A stretch of 62,975 nucleotides of DNA, the filler included, from Atractiella rhizophila (taxonomy: Eukaryota): NCBI GenBank assembly GCA_021432655.1. It is 3 parts of 3 records of this genome, joined end to end, with 100 filler letters (N's around TTAATTAATTAA, not from the genome) between each part and the next. Parts side by side here need not be neighbours in the genome. Positions count along the whole stretch, not along the records: positions 1 to 25,381 come from MU271728.1; 2 more parts are not named here. One strand, written 5' to 3'. The notes under the pieces are model-generated. The model searched no databases. It was not told where the DNA came from and worked only from the letters and a program-made list of their open reading frames with translations. Shown here in pieces: positions 1-12,965 of the stretch. Position 1 is the first letter of the stretch; each line of letters begins with the position of its first letter. The position numbers were made by a program, and so were the translations under genes.

Positions 1-1803
1 GATGACTTTACGTAGATATCTCGTGACCTTGTCAATGAGATATGCGTTTTTCCAGCACAAATCCGACGAGTCCAGCAGAGAGCCACAATACCGCCACCAG
101 CCCAGGAAGGCACTCTCTGAGGGAGTCTGGGGGAAGAAGCGATGGTGGTTGGGGAAATAAGTGTTCTTCTTGTGACGGGTGTCCGCAATCCGATAGTTCG
201 GATCTCGGGGCGCGGTTAAATATTCAAGGTCTCGGAGAAGTGGGGTATATCCGATCACACGCTTCATGCCACCGACTCAGACCATCTCACATCTGATTGA
301 GGATGCCAAAATCTCTGCTTATACCATGTGCAGCTTCAAGCCATGGCGCATCGAATTTGGTCAGGAATGTCGAGTTCCCTTCTAGACGATAATTTGGATG
401 GATCAGGATGGGATCATGCCAAAGTGCTCCTGCGATATCGATGCAGATCGAATGATTGGCCTTCCGACGCACTAAGCGACTCACGAGCTCTCCTGCATGC
501 TTTCCTTGTTCAATACTTTGGATTTTCCAGACCTCTTTTTCTTGAACTCGTCCGCCTTCCTGCCCGTTTCATGTTCTGTTCGTGTTCTGCAAGTGGGGGT
601 CGAGTGTCCGACGTCCCGCTTGCCACAAGTTCACCGAGTTGTTCTCCTCTTTTAAAATTTTTAATGGGCTTTCAAGGTGCCCAATTCTGTTCTTGTCGAG
701 GTACAAAGCAGTTTCGGAACCCGGGACCATGGATGGAGTCAGAACGACCTTGAAAGAAAGACGCTGGAAGGTTGAGCTAGTTAGAGCATTATCGACATGG
801 CAATGCCTGTCTTTGTTGCCCAGGACTGACGGAGACCCTATACTCGATGATGCCATCGGGTGCGCTTGCAATCGCTATTATCGATGATCGATATTCCGGG
901 AAGGAGCGGCTTGCCATGCACTGCTCAATGTCGAACTTTCCTGCGAACTACGTTGCGATGTGATGATTGCCTAATTATTAGGAGGGAACGTTCCTGGCAG
1001 TCTGTTTTGATCACACCAGCCTTGCATCAGCAAATAAATTATTGGCTATGGCCAAATTCTGCAAGCTGATATCGTGACCATGCTTCATCAACCTGGCACG
1101 AAAGACAGCAGAGTCGGAATGGTACTGCAACTTCAATCCAAGTGGTGAATATCGGATATCCCTTGCCTTTAATCCTTCCAGCGTCTGCTGCATGGTCTTG
1201 GACAAGAAACATTTTGCCTCCTTCAAATTTCTATCCACTTCTGCCAGCAGAGCTAGCAGGAAGGATGGGTGGCGACGAAATTGCGTGCCACGCTCCAAGT
1301 TCAAGCAAGCAACCTCTGAATGTTATCCGCCTACTTCCCGAGGGAGGAGTAGGCTCCAAGTTCGACATCGGAATGCTCCACTTCTTTGCCAATCTCGTGC
1401 TTCTAAGGTTACTTTCCCTGACAATGCTGATGGCCAAAGCTGCGCGAGGACACTCCGACTGCTCCGATTGTAACAAAGCTCGACCGTTATCGCCTGTTTG
1501 GAAGCTTTGGGCGAGCACTATGAAGGAGTGATGGGAGCGTCCGGCTCCTTTGTTCTGTGTACTCGCGATATCTTCCAGAGCTGGCAGTGGCGAATGCTTT
1601 TGTACCAGTAGCCGACATGTCGCTGCGAGTGTTCTCAAAGCGGAACGAAAATCCAGCCGTTTCTCCAGCCAGCAGCCAGAACAGATCGAGCATTGGAAGA
1701 AGGCTCGGTCGATGGTTGACGGTGTGGTGGTGTCTTCGATGTCGATGGTTATAAAAGTCACCCCAGGCTGGGATTTGGATTTCTCCAGCTTGGCAATCTC
1801 CAT
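1..1803 (-). CDS. Fragmentary hypothetical multi-exon gene or pseudogene running off the left edge
   Basis: Chain of minus-strand ORF pieces (1231-1803, 1011-1304, 569-871, 287-484, and an open frame ...GMKRVIGYTPLLRDLEY...WKNAYLIDK to the edge) with some GTGAG donors. No recognisable domain, and the frames do not join cleanly. Confidence 0.3.
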
Positions 1804-1857
1804 CAGATTCAGCTCTCTTTTTTATTCGTTCTCTTCATCATTCCTTCACACCTCAAG

Positions 1858-3600
1858 ATGCGCGCTTCTCTCCTTTGGTCGTCATTCCTTTCTATTGTCG
1901 CGGTATCTGCCCAAAACTTGGTGCAGGATCCTAGTTTCAATATTGCTAGCTCGGGAGGGTGAGTCTCGCAGTCAGTTGTAATCGGAGTTGCACCTGATTG
2001 AAGATGATAGAGGATGGTCGATCTGTTAGCATACCACAGTCTTTCGAGCCTGCAACGCTGACTACTCGTTCCAGATGGTTCGTCTTACGCTCGATATTAT
2101 CCTGGAGAAGGAATAGACGGTTCATCGTATGTGCACACATCTTCACTTCAAGTTGAAAACTGATGTCAACTGTCAACGATCAGCTGCTTCGGCATTGCTT
2201 CCACGTACGAACCTCTCGTTAGCTAGCGCAGTAAGCCCCTTGATGGACAAAAGAGCAGCTCCGAACAGTTCGATGTGGCGAGTCAACCTGTCAGCGGTCT
2301 CACCGTTGGAGGGACGTATACGCTCTCCTTCTGGCTACGCTACCGATCAACGGCACCAACGTCTGTTTATGTCACTGTCGGCGACTTCTTCTCGGGTTCG
2401 TCTACCTATTCCCACAACTTCCACTTCTCCTTCTGGCTTGTTGATTCGCGGCGCTTTCCCAGGCGAAGTACCATCTAATCAAATTACCGGCTCTTGGGTG
2501 CAACACACTTTCACTTTCACGTCCACAGCAAGAACCGCCTCTCTCACCATTTATGGAGTGAACTTGCCGGACTGGACTTACGTTGATAATGTTTTCTTGG
2601 GTCTCTCGGGTAGCAGTTATAACCTCGTTCATGGTCAGTGCTCTTTTTCTGAGAAATAGGAAATGATCAAATTGAGATGCACAGACCCTGGCTTTGAGCA
2701 ATCGAATCCTACTTCGCCTTGGGGACTATGTTCGTGTTTCCCTCCCTTTAGTGACTTTTTCTGAGACACCCACAGCTGGAGGTTCCACTGCTGCCATCGA
2801 AGCAGGCTCATATGACACATCGGCGACCGTACGTTTTCAGTTCGTCACCATCACGTTCTGACGCTGTCTTGCAGAGCTCCAGCACTCCCGATGTCGTCAG
2901 TCAACTGATCCGTCCCCTGGATACGTCCAAATCGTATACTTTGTCCTTTTCCGCGAAAGTCGATGGGAGCTGTGTATGCTTTTCGTCCAACTGACTCTTC
3001 ATCCTACAATGACGATTTTAGAGCTCTGCACACCTTACGGCCGCATTTGGAATGTTCTCCAAAACCCTCACTTGCTCTGCCCTGTCTAACGGGTGGTCGA
3101 CATTCTCCTACGAGGTTCGACCAACAACTGACTCGATTACCATTTCTTTCTCTGCCTACAGCAATGGCAACACCATCTATGTGGACGACGTTTCGATCAC
3201 GGCGGACTCCGAGCTAGCTCCCAGTGCAATCCCAGCCAGAAGGAAGCGAGAGGCAATGAAAAGAAGGCACCAACAATTGCTACATGATCATCCCTTCTGC
3301 CCCATCAACATGTCCGCCTGTCCCGTCTTTCTTGCAAACGGCAAGAAACGTGACGGCGCTTTCGAGGTCTGCTCTCTCTTTTCCTCCTTCCAATGTTTTT
3401 TGAAGCGTCTGATTGTACGATCCCTCTAGTGCCTCGACCCAGCCACGGAGCTCAATTCCTGCGGTGGTTGCATTGGGCAAGGAGGTGTCGATTGCGAAGC
3501 CCTCCCAGGTGTCGCCTCCGTGTCTTGCCAGCAGTCTCAATGCGTCGTCTCCCGATGCAAATCTGGTTTCTCGCTCTTTGACAATGCTTGTATTGCTTGA
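1858..3600 (+). CDS. Secreted protein with two carbohydrate-binding-like modules (NLVxDPxF) and a C-terminal Cys-rich PriA/CPL1-like domain
   Basis: ATG at 1858 gives signal peptide MRASLLWSSFLSIVAVSA then QNLVQDPSF. The second module starts YNLVH/DPGFE; the modules end YVDNV and YVDDV. After KR sites: CPINMSACPV...FE/CLDPATELNSCGGC..GVDCEALPGVASVSC...C...C, stop at 3600. Many short GT-AG introns. Confidence 0.8.
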
Positions 3601-4277
3601 CCGCCGTTCCATTCATTTCACCCTGTCTACCTTTCGCCGAATTTGCATAGTCGAATTAGCATAATTTTCTTCGTTTTCGGTGCTATTTCTCGTTGTCCTC
3701 TTGTTGTGTATAGTACACAGGATTAAGAGTAGAAGTTTCCTTTCAAGTCACCTCCTTCTACTAGAGCCCACCCTCTGTCATGATAAGATTCAACCGCTTG
3801 CGCCTCCATAACCAAGGCCACTAGACGTGCTGATCATCGTCCTTCAAATCTGCATATTGTGCTGGCCTTGTCGGAGTCTTGTATTGTGAGCACTTCAAAG
3901 GACTTCACCCTTTCCTTTTACATTACAGCGGTATGCATCAAAACGGTATGAGCCACCATGCATTGATGCATCCGTTTTGAATGTTCGCTGAAGGAGACGC
4001 CACCAGCGCGTTCAAGATTTTGGGTCAGTGATAGGTTCAATCATCAATCAATTGATTAATTAATATTTATTGATTCCACGAAGTCAGTCTATTGAATTCA
4101 TTGCATTTATTCTCCATTTCAGAATGGAATTAGAGTGCGTGAAAGCTAACCATCCGGAGGTTCTGAACCATGACGGATTGTTTGGCTGCCCTTAAAGAGA
4201 TAAAAAGCACCCCTAATCGATGCCTTCGTATTTCCCTTCAAATCCTCTCTGTAGTGGGAGTTTGGTGAGCTATTAGT

Positions 4278-5875
4278 ATGTCGAAGCCCTGCCTGGCGCT
4301 AGCCAAGCACGGTAATTGTGTAAAAGGCGATAATTGCATCTATGGTTATTCGCACTCATGGCCAGTGGAGAGATTGAAAGGTGCTAGTATGTGCAAATTT
4401 CAAGATGGGAAGTGTAAGGACAAAGACACGAAGAAGGGATGCCCGTTTCTCCATCCAGAGGACTTTGAGAAGGAACACGCTACACACAGGAACCAGTCTG
4501 TCTCCTTCCTCTCCCCACCGTCCTCTTAGTGGCTGACGATACTTACAGTGAACCTGACGACTTTGTAACGCGCCTTCAAAAGGCGACCGAGAAACGGAAC
4601 TCCACAAGGGGAGTTGAGCCTCCCTTTGTACAACCGCAAACTAGCAAAGGCTCCATCGAAGGACCTACTTCAAAACCTTTTGTCCGAAAAGACCATCCAT
4701 GCATCATTAAGGCGACCTTAGGTTTCTGCAATCGAGGAAACGACTGTCCATATGCCCCATCTCATAGCTGGCCGAGGGATAAATTGGAGAAGGCCAGTCA
4801 GTGTACTTGGGAGAAGGCAAGAGGAGAATGTAAGAGACCGTGGTGCAAGTTTGTGCACCTTGGCCAAGAGAGGGAGAGGGATTTGATGGACTTCAGCATC
4901 GACGAGTCACCACCGTTCGTCCTCATGATTCTCCACAACTTCCGCTCACAGATGGCGCAGGGGTGATACAGATGGAGACGTCGAGTCGTTGGGTGTTCGC
5001 GGCCGTCTTTCTCCACCCCAATCACACAAAGAAGCTGGTCTGACATATCCGAATAACACCTTGGATGAGCTATTAGCTGAGGGACGTCTTGAGGATGCGA
5101 AGCGACGAATCAAAGAAGCGGAGATGAAGCAGAAAATGTCTAGAGGTTCACCGAGAGATGTCGCCAAATCTCGAGCCACTGGAGCTACCTTCGATAACAC
5201 GAGAAGCACCATACTTTCTCAAGGTGCATCCGCCAACTCTTTCACAAGCGAAACCCCGAGTACGTATCAAACTTCTCCAAGTGCTTCCGGAACGAGAGAA
5301 AGGACAAAGCTAGATGCGACACAGAGGAGGGAGGTAGAATTGCTCAAGGAAGCTCTAAAGGAGAAAGAGGAGACGTTGAGCGCTCTGCAGCATGCTTTCG
5401 AAGAATTGAAGACGGAGAAGGTCGTTCATTATCAGGATGATCCTCTTTTACTCAAAGCACTCTCAAGATTGACATATTATGAGGTGTGTGTCTCGTAGAC
5501 TTGAGAACAATGTTGATTATGTGCCCGTTGACGCAGCTTCTTAATGTTACGAAAGACGCAACACTTGCGCAGATCAGGAAAGCATTTCTTGAAGCGAGTC
5601 TGAAGTGTTCGTGGCTATCTTTTTTTTCGCTGTTCACTACCCTGCTGACAATCTTTCGCAATGTAGATCATCCGGATCTTGGAACTGTTTGTCTACCGCT
5701 CCGTGTCTACGTTTTGAACTGACAGGACCAACAGGGAAAGGCAATTTATGATCTGGTGCAAAACTCTCTTCTTCTTGCTGTTGATTTTGCTGACAGCGCG
5801 TAGATTGATCATGCGAGAAGTGTACTCGCGGATCCTGTTGAAAAGAGGAAGTATGATAAGTCTTTGAGCTGGTAA
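4278..5875 (+). CDS. Protein with four CCCH-type zinc fingers and a C-terminal DnaJ (J) domain
   Basis: Two related finger pairs (PCLALAKHGNCVKGDNCIYGYSH..MCKFQDGKC..GCPFLH; PCIIKATLGFCNRGNDCPYAPSH..QCTWEKARGECKRPWCKFVH). The spliced C-terminus reads TYYE/LLNVTKDATLAQIRKAFLEASLKYHPDLGT/DQQGKAIYDL/IDHARSVLADPVEKRKYD, stop TAA at 5873-5875. Confidence 0.8.
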
Positions 5876-6041
5876 GGTAGACGCAGGAGCAGCGTAGTAG
5901 TCGCGGCTCAGCAATGTCCAAAGCCAGTTCTGCAGTTCTGCGTAAGAATGGTGTATGTCGTAAAATACGCTACAGAAGAACGTTTCCTTACTGAAATGTA
6001 TGTATGTACAGACAACAAACACTCTGACAATAAGCAACTCT

Positions 6042-6527
6042 TCAGTTACCACCTCTCGTTCTGGCACTCCTTCGAGTGCCAGTTTGCGTTGGAGTATTTG
6101 TGCCTGATGCAGCCACACTTGTTGAGGGCTGTTTTGCGAGAAGAGTTGGTGTAGGTGGCACAAGCTGCTGTTGGGCAGGTTCACTCTCAGGTCTACGGGT
6201 TGATTCGTCAGGCGAAAGAACTTGAATGTACGCCACATACACGTATGGGTTCACCCTCTCCACTCCTTTGTAGTATTCTTTGGATTCTTTCGGCACCATA
6301 TATCTTGCCAACGCGAGAATCAGATGCTTCTGTGGACTCAATATTATGGTGGGAACTCACATAGCGGTGCCGTAGTCAAACTGAGGACCTCTGTCCCTGC
6401 GAGCCCAATTCGTCAGTTTGTTCCACTCCGACGTCGACTTGGAACCGCGAGTGTAAGGGTCGTTAGACAACTCTTCAACAGTAGTGGACACAACTACGTC
6501 CGTCTTATGCTGCTTCATCAAGCCCAT
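6042..6527 (-). CDS. Small two-exon hypothetical protein (~140 aa)
   Basis: MGLMKQHKTDVV...FDYGTA joined over a GTGAGT...AAG intron in frame to YMVPKESKEYY...RTRGGN-stop. No known domain. Confidence 0.4.
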
Positions 6528-6914
6528 CGTATGTTAACGTTATAACTGTTCTGATTGAGAGTGGAAGGTTATATTTGAAATCGGTAAAACTTGCTTCTCC
6601 GGGGTCGGAACCTACATCAATCCCATTCATTAAAGGACGGCTTTTCACCTTTCTCAGGATCGCAAACTGCTGCCCTACTGTTCTCTTTTAAATATTCCGT
6701 GCTTTAGCAGTTTTTTCTTCTCGTGTAGTTTCCCAACGGTATAAAAATATGCTACGAAATTGAAGTACAAAACAGCAGTCAAAATGAAATCGAATGGATA
6801 GAGACGATAACGTAGGGAAGAATCGAAAGGTGGAATACTGAATTTCGTTAAATTGCAAAATGCACCAGAAACAAGACTGACGAACGGACAAAACGCGAGA
6901 AATATAACGAAATT

Positions 6915-9900
6915 TCATCCCTCGATTGCGCGCAGGACAGGTCTTCGTGGGAGGTCGAATTCGACGTAACGAGGTTCATCGTCACAGATCGCAAAATCCC
7001 CATCCAGCAGACTGGGTTGGACGTACACGCCGCCGGTTACCACGAAAGTCAGGATCATCCGTCGTGCTTGTAAGCCGACGCATCTTCCTGCATAATTTTT
7101 CAGATTATTGAATGGAAGAAAATGCTTGGCGCACCTCGCCGTCCAGGAGCGAACTCTACCAAAGCCTCTGGAGACATCAATTCGTCCTCTATTTTGAAGA
7201 ATGAGGTGCGAAGGTTACTGTAAGGTAAGGGAATGACGCACCTAATGGAGTCAGCGTTTCTCTCTTCTGCCTGATGCGCTCTGCTTTCATCTCTTCTTGG
7301 CTGAGATGTTCGATTTCTGACGAGTCGCATGAGTAATGGAATCCGTGTCCTGCACATAGACCGTGAGGTGACTCTCGATAATTATCCACTGTGAATCCTT
7401 GATTCACTACGATATGATGAAGATATCTAGTGTCCTTTCCGTACTGCCGCAACTTAGGTTCCTGCGACCCATATGGCTCAGAGATCTCTACAACTGTTCA
7501 CAATATGGAACCCACCAAAGACCCTAACCTGTCTTTCGGAAGTTCGAAGAAGAATCGCCCCACGTCAGGCATGAGCCAACACCTGGTTGAATCAGTGAGT
7601 GGGAGAGGGAATCAATGACGTTACGGACCTGACGAATACTCCGGGAAAAGAGACCTTCAAAAATGTCATAACGCGATCTTCTCCTGCATCAAAAAATATA
7701 CCCGAATCCGTCATCCTCATCCACGGCTGCCATTTCTCCAACATCTCATACGTGGTATGCGGCCGCATGCTCCAAACAGGACAATCAGCTTCATATCGCG
7801 GATGATGGTCCCTTTCCGCTCTCTCTCTTGCATTGCGCACATTCTCGTCTTTCAGAGCTTTCTCTCGAGCCTCTGCTTGACCAATCTCAACTTGGAGCTT
7901 TCGATAAAGCCCTGGAAGTTGGTAATGGTACGCGTCCTTCATAATATTTCGTATGGCTTGAGTTTCGGTTTGCATGAAAGCATCGTGGGTCCACGCCAAA
8001 CTGATGGGAAGAATATCATATCCGATCAAATAAGCCTGCACCGCCACATGGGCTTCAGCGTAAAAACTCCGGAACGAGAGGAAAAGCGTACATGGATAAT
8101 CTTCCAGATAGAAGGAGAGCGGCTGATAACCATGTGAGAATCATGCCCAGGCAGATGTCGATTGTGAATGAACCAATCCGTGAAAGCATTTCGCATAATA
8201 CCAGTCGATGGATCCCAGTCTCCGTCTCCGAGCATTTCCTCCAACGTGATCCGAACGAGGCTGTCCGACATTGTAAGGGTGAAGACAGTGTCGATTGGCA
8301 CTCCTTGATAGCTCCTCGTTTTTCTAGCGACCACGGTTGCAGGACTTGTTCGAGGAAGTATCGGGCGTTGTTGCTGAGAAGCAGGATTGAATGGAGCTGC
8401 TGGTGGCGTGACGGCCACACTGGTTGCGGTTGGAGGTAGAGGAGCGGGAGGGGGAGCGGCTCCTTCAAAGGATCGTTCCCGAGAGATTGTAATGTTGCCG
8501 TAACGGTTAAGTCTGAAAGCATGACCGTCTTGCTCAAACCTGGGTGTCTGGTCTGGCACCGGAGATCGTTGAGGAGAATCAGAGACAATCTCCCTCCCTT
8601 TCCCTTTATCTCTCCTGGCCGTATGTGCCGGTGGTGTTTCTTCCATTTCTCCCTCTCCAATGTTTCCTGGTTGGATCTGCGAATTTTCCTTGGGCACCGT
8701 GCCAGCTTGGGCAAGGAGCGTCCTCTGCTTATCCTTCTTCCGCAAATCCTCGATGTGCTTCCTGGACGTGGCAACGACATGGTGTTCCGGTACCCGAGGT
8801 CCAAAGTTGAATTCCCCACTTTGGTTTGGAAGTGTTCTCTCTTCCGTCCAGCTGACCTGTTGAGGGATAGGTAGAGCAGGAGGAATGTCGTTGGGAATGG
8901 TTGAAGTTTCAGATACCCTATCCTCGTCCTCATCCACTCTCATTTCCTGCTCATAATCAAATCCTCTGACAGATTCGACCGGGTTCCTCAGATCCGTATC
9001 AAACCAACGGTCCACCTTCTTCCTCCCCTTTCCCATATACTCCTTCACGCCAGCTTTCTCACGTTGAATTATCCCTTCCTCATGCGTCATATTCCTCGCC
9101 TGTTGACTCAAGTGCGAGACAGCCACACCCTTCCCGAGATTTAGTTGCTGCCGACTCGTGAACAGGGGATTGATTTCGTCGACGGTTCCGAGATTGGGGC
9201 AGTTGAGCTGATGGTGCAATTCCGGATTAGACGTCTGCACCGCGTCGTTGTATCGACCAGGAAGCCCTTCGTCTGTTTGCGTGATAGCAGGTCGCTGAAT
9301 AGACAATCCAGAGGGACCAGGAGTTGCGTTCCTAACCACCTCCTTGGGAGAGCGCGACCTTCCCCGTGAAGATGCCGGAAGACCTTCCTTGCCCTTTTTC
9401 AAAGAAGGCGGGTTAGCTGCGGGAGGCTCGTCGAGGAAGAAGGGTGACGGAGAGTGAGATGGAAGCCCGGAAAGGAAAGCGACATTTGACGGGTCAACCC
9501 ATTCAGCCAGTCCGAGGTCGAGCATCATGGACAGAGCGTCTTTACTTACACTGCCCAATCCTCCTGCTGTCGCATTTGCGGGCAAACTAGGTGTAGCAGC
9601 AGTTTGCATAGAGACCTTCCGTCGTTTGTTCGCTCCATCAACGGTGGGGACGTTGTACGAAGTGAAGTCGGTTCCAGGAACTGGCATGGCATTGGCGCGA
9701 ATGAAGGGAAGAGGATCGGCGTGTGTTTGAGGGAGCTGAGATTCGGCACCTCTTTTTCTGCTTTCTAACGATACGGGGCTCGTCGGCATATTGGAATTCG
9801 GATTTCCTTTGGTGGCGTGGACAGAGTGGATGGACGCTGCAGGGGCGGAGGTTTCGCGATGTGATGCACGAATTGGAGAATCTGTTATATTCATTTGTCA

Positions 9901-10825
9901 GCTACCATGATGAGAAGGAAGGGAAGTGGAACGCGCCAAGGTTGAGACTGGCAATGCTGACATCGAGTGAAGACCGCCTCTGACCAGGAGGCAGCCTTGC
10001 CGGACTTTCGGGAAGGAGAGGACCTTTGGGGAAACTGAATCGTTTGTCGAATGGAGCATTCTTTTTGAGAGGATCTCTTGACGTCTCTACATGACAAAAG
10101 CAGAAGGAGAGTATAAGAAAACAAATGGCATTGGCGCGAATGAAGGGAAGAGGATCGGCGTGTGTTTGAGGGAGCTGAGATTCGGCACCTCTTTTTCTGC
10201 TTTCTAACGATACGGGGCTCGTCGGCATATTGGAATTCGGATTTCCTTTGGTGGCGTGGACAGAGTGGATGGACGCTGCAGGGGCGGAGGTTTCGCGATG
10301 TGATGCACGAATTGGAGAATCTGTTATATTCATTTGTCAGCTACCATGATGAGAAGGAAGGGAAGTGGAACGCGCCAAGGTTGAGACTGGCAATGCTGAC
10401 ATCGAGTGAAGACCGCCTCTGACCAGGAGGCAGCCTTGCCGGACTTTCGGGAAGGAGAGGACCTTTGGGGAAACTGAATCGTTTGTCGAATGGAGCATTC
10501 TTTTTGAGAGGATCTCTTGACGTCTCTACATGACAAAAGCAGAAGGAGAGTATAAGAAAACAACATTCACCACACCGATCCTGAACACAAGGACAGGACA
10601 GAGTTAGAAACACGCACTGTCTCTAGCACTCTGCCTTTTGGACGGTCCAGGAGCGACACCAGATGGATCATCGCTCCTTCTCCTGTTACGAACATGGTAT
10701 GGCGCGACATCTGGCGCCGGTGTACGTCCTTTTGTCTTCCTTAGCAGCCTTCCGCCTCCATCAACAATCCCTTCCACAGGCTCCTTCTGTTCGTTGTCTA
10801 CAAGAAGTTGAGCTGCAGGAGCCAT
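6915..10825 (-). CDS. Large multi-exon hypothetical protein with a disordered N-half, interrupted by the 439-bp duplication
   Basis: Exon chain from MAPAAQLL (10825) through the 622-aa ORF, a GTACGC..CAG intron into AYLIGYDILPISLAW, the exon RESPHGLCAGHGFHYSC, and a last exon ending RPVLRAIEG-stop at 6915. The 5' exon joins are uncertain. Confidence 0.6.
9686..10563. repeat. Tandem direct duplication, 2 x 439 bp (9686-10124, 10125-10563)
   Basis: Both copies start ATGGCATTGGCGCGAATG and end TATAAGAAAACAA. No differences were seen, and the duplicated ORFs are offset by 439. Confidence 0.97.
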
Positions 10826-11562
10826 TTTCGCTCTTCAGGCTCTGACGGGGGGGTAGAAGAGGGATGCAGCAGTATTAAAGGGATGGGTTCACCGTCGTTT
10901 CGAGATCTCTTTCAAGACAAAGGCCAGCCAAACAGACATCAACAAATCGATTGTAACATTCAGCAACCTTAACTTTTCGAGTGATTTCACGAGTTGCGCG
11001 TCCGAGATAATCTACAGGCATTTGGCGGGGCTTTCATGCCATTTGCCATGCTGTTGTGAGGCGTAAACGATTTTTGTGGAAAGCACCTTGTTATCAAAGA
11101 CAAGTTGGAAGGACGAGAAACAAAGGAAGTCAATAACCTTATTCTCGTCACGTGATATTTGCTGGTGTTGTTCTTGTTCCCGATATTACGACTTTTCCCA
11201 CTTGTTATAACTCTGGTACATTCTAGTTGTAGACGCTGGGAGTAGGAATCTTACAAAAAATAGAAGGACGGAGTGAATTGTCGCAGTAAGTAGCTTAGTC
11301 TCCTACTTCAGTCTTTGTCGGAAATGATTGCTATTGGCACATACGTCAAGTTAGTATAGAGTTGATCCTTTCATTCAACTTGATTTAGGGTTTATCCCTT
11401 CATGGACAGGAAACATTGCTGTAGTCTGAGGGAAATATTTTCCTTTGACGCTTTCTTGCTTTCTTGCCTCAAAGGAGCGTCCCGAGGGTTTGAATTCATC
11501 CTAACAACAACTGAACAGTTTAATTGCCCCTTGATATCCGCCGACTGTCATCGTAATCGCCA

Positions 11563-12651
11563 ATGTCAAATCATCAAAGAATCCCTATAATCGATCCACA
11601 ACTGCAGTCTCTCTTTATTTCCATCCTTCTTCACGCCGGCTCGTCCCAGACTCCAACATCAGAGTTCTACATACCTAATGCGCCAGTTTATGAGCAAATC
11701 GCTACCTCTTCTAAGGGGGAAGGGCTGTATACCACAACCCAAGTCCCTAGAACGAGTCTGATTATTGAAGAGCGTCCTTTGGTTGTTTGGAAGAGAGGAA
11801 TCGACCCCGAAGATGTCTGGAATATGTGGCAACAAATGTCCCAGGAGGCACAAGAAGCTTTCCTTCAGCTTTCGACAAACAGACCTCTTTCCCCAGAACC
11901 TTTAGAACAAGACTCTGAAAAGGACAAAGTCCTCAAGCGATTGATGGCCATCAAGGCGACAAATGGCTTCAATGTCGAACTTCCACTTTCTTCGCTGGAG
12001 CCTTCCCTACACGTTTCGAAATCGCTCTTGAACTCACTGACGATCCGACAGACGTTGGACTCATCGACCCTCCTCTCTTCTGCTCCGACGCATGCTTCCT
12101 TTCTCTTCCCCCTCGTTTCTCGGATCAACCACAGTTGTCTGCCAACAGCGGATCACTGCATCAATTGGCCGACACTCCAAATGCAGGTTTATCTGGTATC
12201 GACGCTACCTCCATCCACAGAAATAACGATAGAGTATCTTCCTCGACTTATCCAACGAACTACTGAGGAAAGGAAGGAGTTATTGATGGACACATTTGGA
12301 TTTGAGTGTGCTTGCGAGCTATGTGGCGCCAACGATGACAAGAAGAAAAGAAGTGATGAACGGAGGAAGGAGATTGATGGTCTCGTGAAAAGAGTAGCGT
12401 CGAGGGAAATGGGGAGAGAGGACGATCTAAAGGCGTTCAACCGGATCCAAGAGCTTTTAGAAGAAGATGGATATAAAGCGATGCCTGAATTTGGTGCGTC
12501 TCTGACAACGCATTGATGCATGGCTCTTGGGCTGACGAAGGGAGCAGATGAGCCATCAGTTAGTAATGCGTTTGTATTCTGGGTTGAGATGATGCGGCAG
12601 CGACAAGCGCAGGAAGAAGTGATCAGTGATGAATCGAAGGAAGTTCCATAG
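11563..12651 (+). CDS. SET-domain lysine methyltransferase (SMYD/Set5-like)
   Basis: KGEGLY, SRINHSCLP, EITIEY and post-SET FGFECACELC motifs. One intron at 12494-12546, then stop at 12651. Confidence 0.88.
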
Positions 12652-12965
12652 TTTGAGGCAGCATAAGATCCATAGCATTCCATAGTATGTAGATAACAAG
12701 TACACCTTGAGTACTGAGCACTGACTGAAACTGCGTGTCCAATACTGAAACTGTACACTTTCATGAAAATTTGAGACATGAAACTCTCGAAGAACCGGAG
12801 GAAATTCGACGAAAACACAACCAAGAGGAAAAGAAAGTCCAAACAAGACGGAAATGCGAAAAGTTCCAATGAGTACGATAAATAAGCGTTCCAGGCTCCA
12901 GCCTTTCTAACACCTCGGAGTCCGTCGACCATGAGACACAATGCTCTGAGGTAAGTCAAGTCGGC

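Noticed and set aside
3938..4070. Inverted repeat TCAAAACGG/CCGTTTTGA and AT-rich palindromes upstream of the CCCH-J gene
   Set aside because: The stem is only 9 bp, with no target-site duplication or second copy; cannot be called a MITE or ncRNA.
6915..10563. Long ORF next to a direct repeat as a possible LTR retrotransposon
   Set aside because: The repeats are adjacent rather than flanking, the gene has spliceosomal introns, and no RT, integrase or gag motifs were found.
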